A stretch of 64,000 bases of DNA from Pelagibacterales bacterium SAG-MED37 (GTDB lineage: Bacteria; Pseudomonadota; Alphaproteobacteria; Pelagibacterales; Pelagibacteraceae). A program made the translations under genes and the position numbers. This document shows, one piece after another, positions 63,914-64,000 of the stretch (position 1 is its first letter; each line of letters opens with the position of its first letter). Under the pieces are notes generated by a model. The model was not told the origin of the DNA. It ran no database searches and was given only the letters and a program-made list of their open reading frames with translations. The DNA is taken from positions 47,103 through 111,102 of the forward strand of contig JACWEG010000003.1 of assembly GCA_014653605.1 (NCBI GenBank), written 5' to 3'.

Positions 63914-64000
63914 TTACTTATGCGAAAGATGCTTTTCAGCCTCAAGTGCAGCCATACATCCCATACCTGCAGCGGTTACAGCTTGTCTAAATGTTTTGTC
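63914..64000 (-). CDS. trxB: Thioredoxin reductase, C-terminal end (truncated by window edge)
   Basis: DKTFRQAVTAAGMGCMAALEAEKHLSHK*. Confidence 0.93.
   Translation of the reverse strand, partial: DKTFRQAVTAAGMGCMAALEAEKHLSHK

Overview
A very AT-rich, extremely gene-dense stretch of alphaproteobacterial core chromosome. Gene content, gene order and near-absent intergenic DNA point to a SAR11 / Candidatus Pelagibacter genome (inference from recognised synteny, not a database search). It holds about 68 CDS: lipid A/Kdo genes (msbA-waaA-lpxK-lpxL), the aa3 cytochrome c oxidase operon, the retinal pathway (crtI-crtB-crtY-blh) directly behind the F0 ATP synthase operon, smc-dsbA-dciA/mutY, ccrM, petABC, a MarR/OmpR/EnvZ module, uvrB/uvrC with pterin genes, and one tRNA-Gln(UUG). 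I saw no prophage, IS, integrase or CRISPR array. The most interesting observations are: a 798-aa Smc with no recognisable hinge domain; a SelJ/J1-crystallin-like Cys protein directly after trxB; a GC-rich hairpin carrying the CCYGGCAACAGAA loop I associate with alphaproteobacterial two-piece tmRNA, placed between two long convergent gene runs; a family-4 UDG with degenerate catalytic motifs; a ccrM upstream region with three GANTC sites and an NrdR-like box; a 41-aa membrane ORF in the cox operon missed by the ORF track; and back-to-back CAT|ATG divergent starts.
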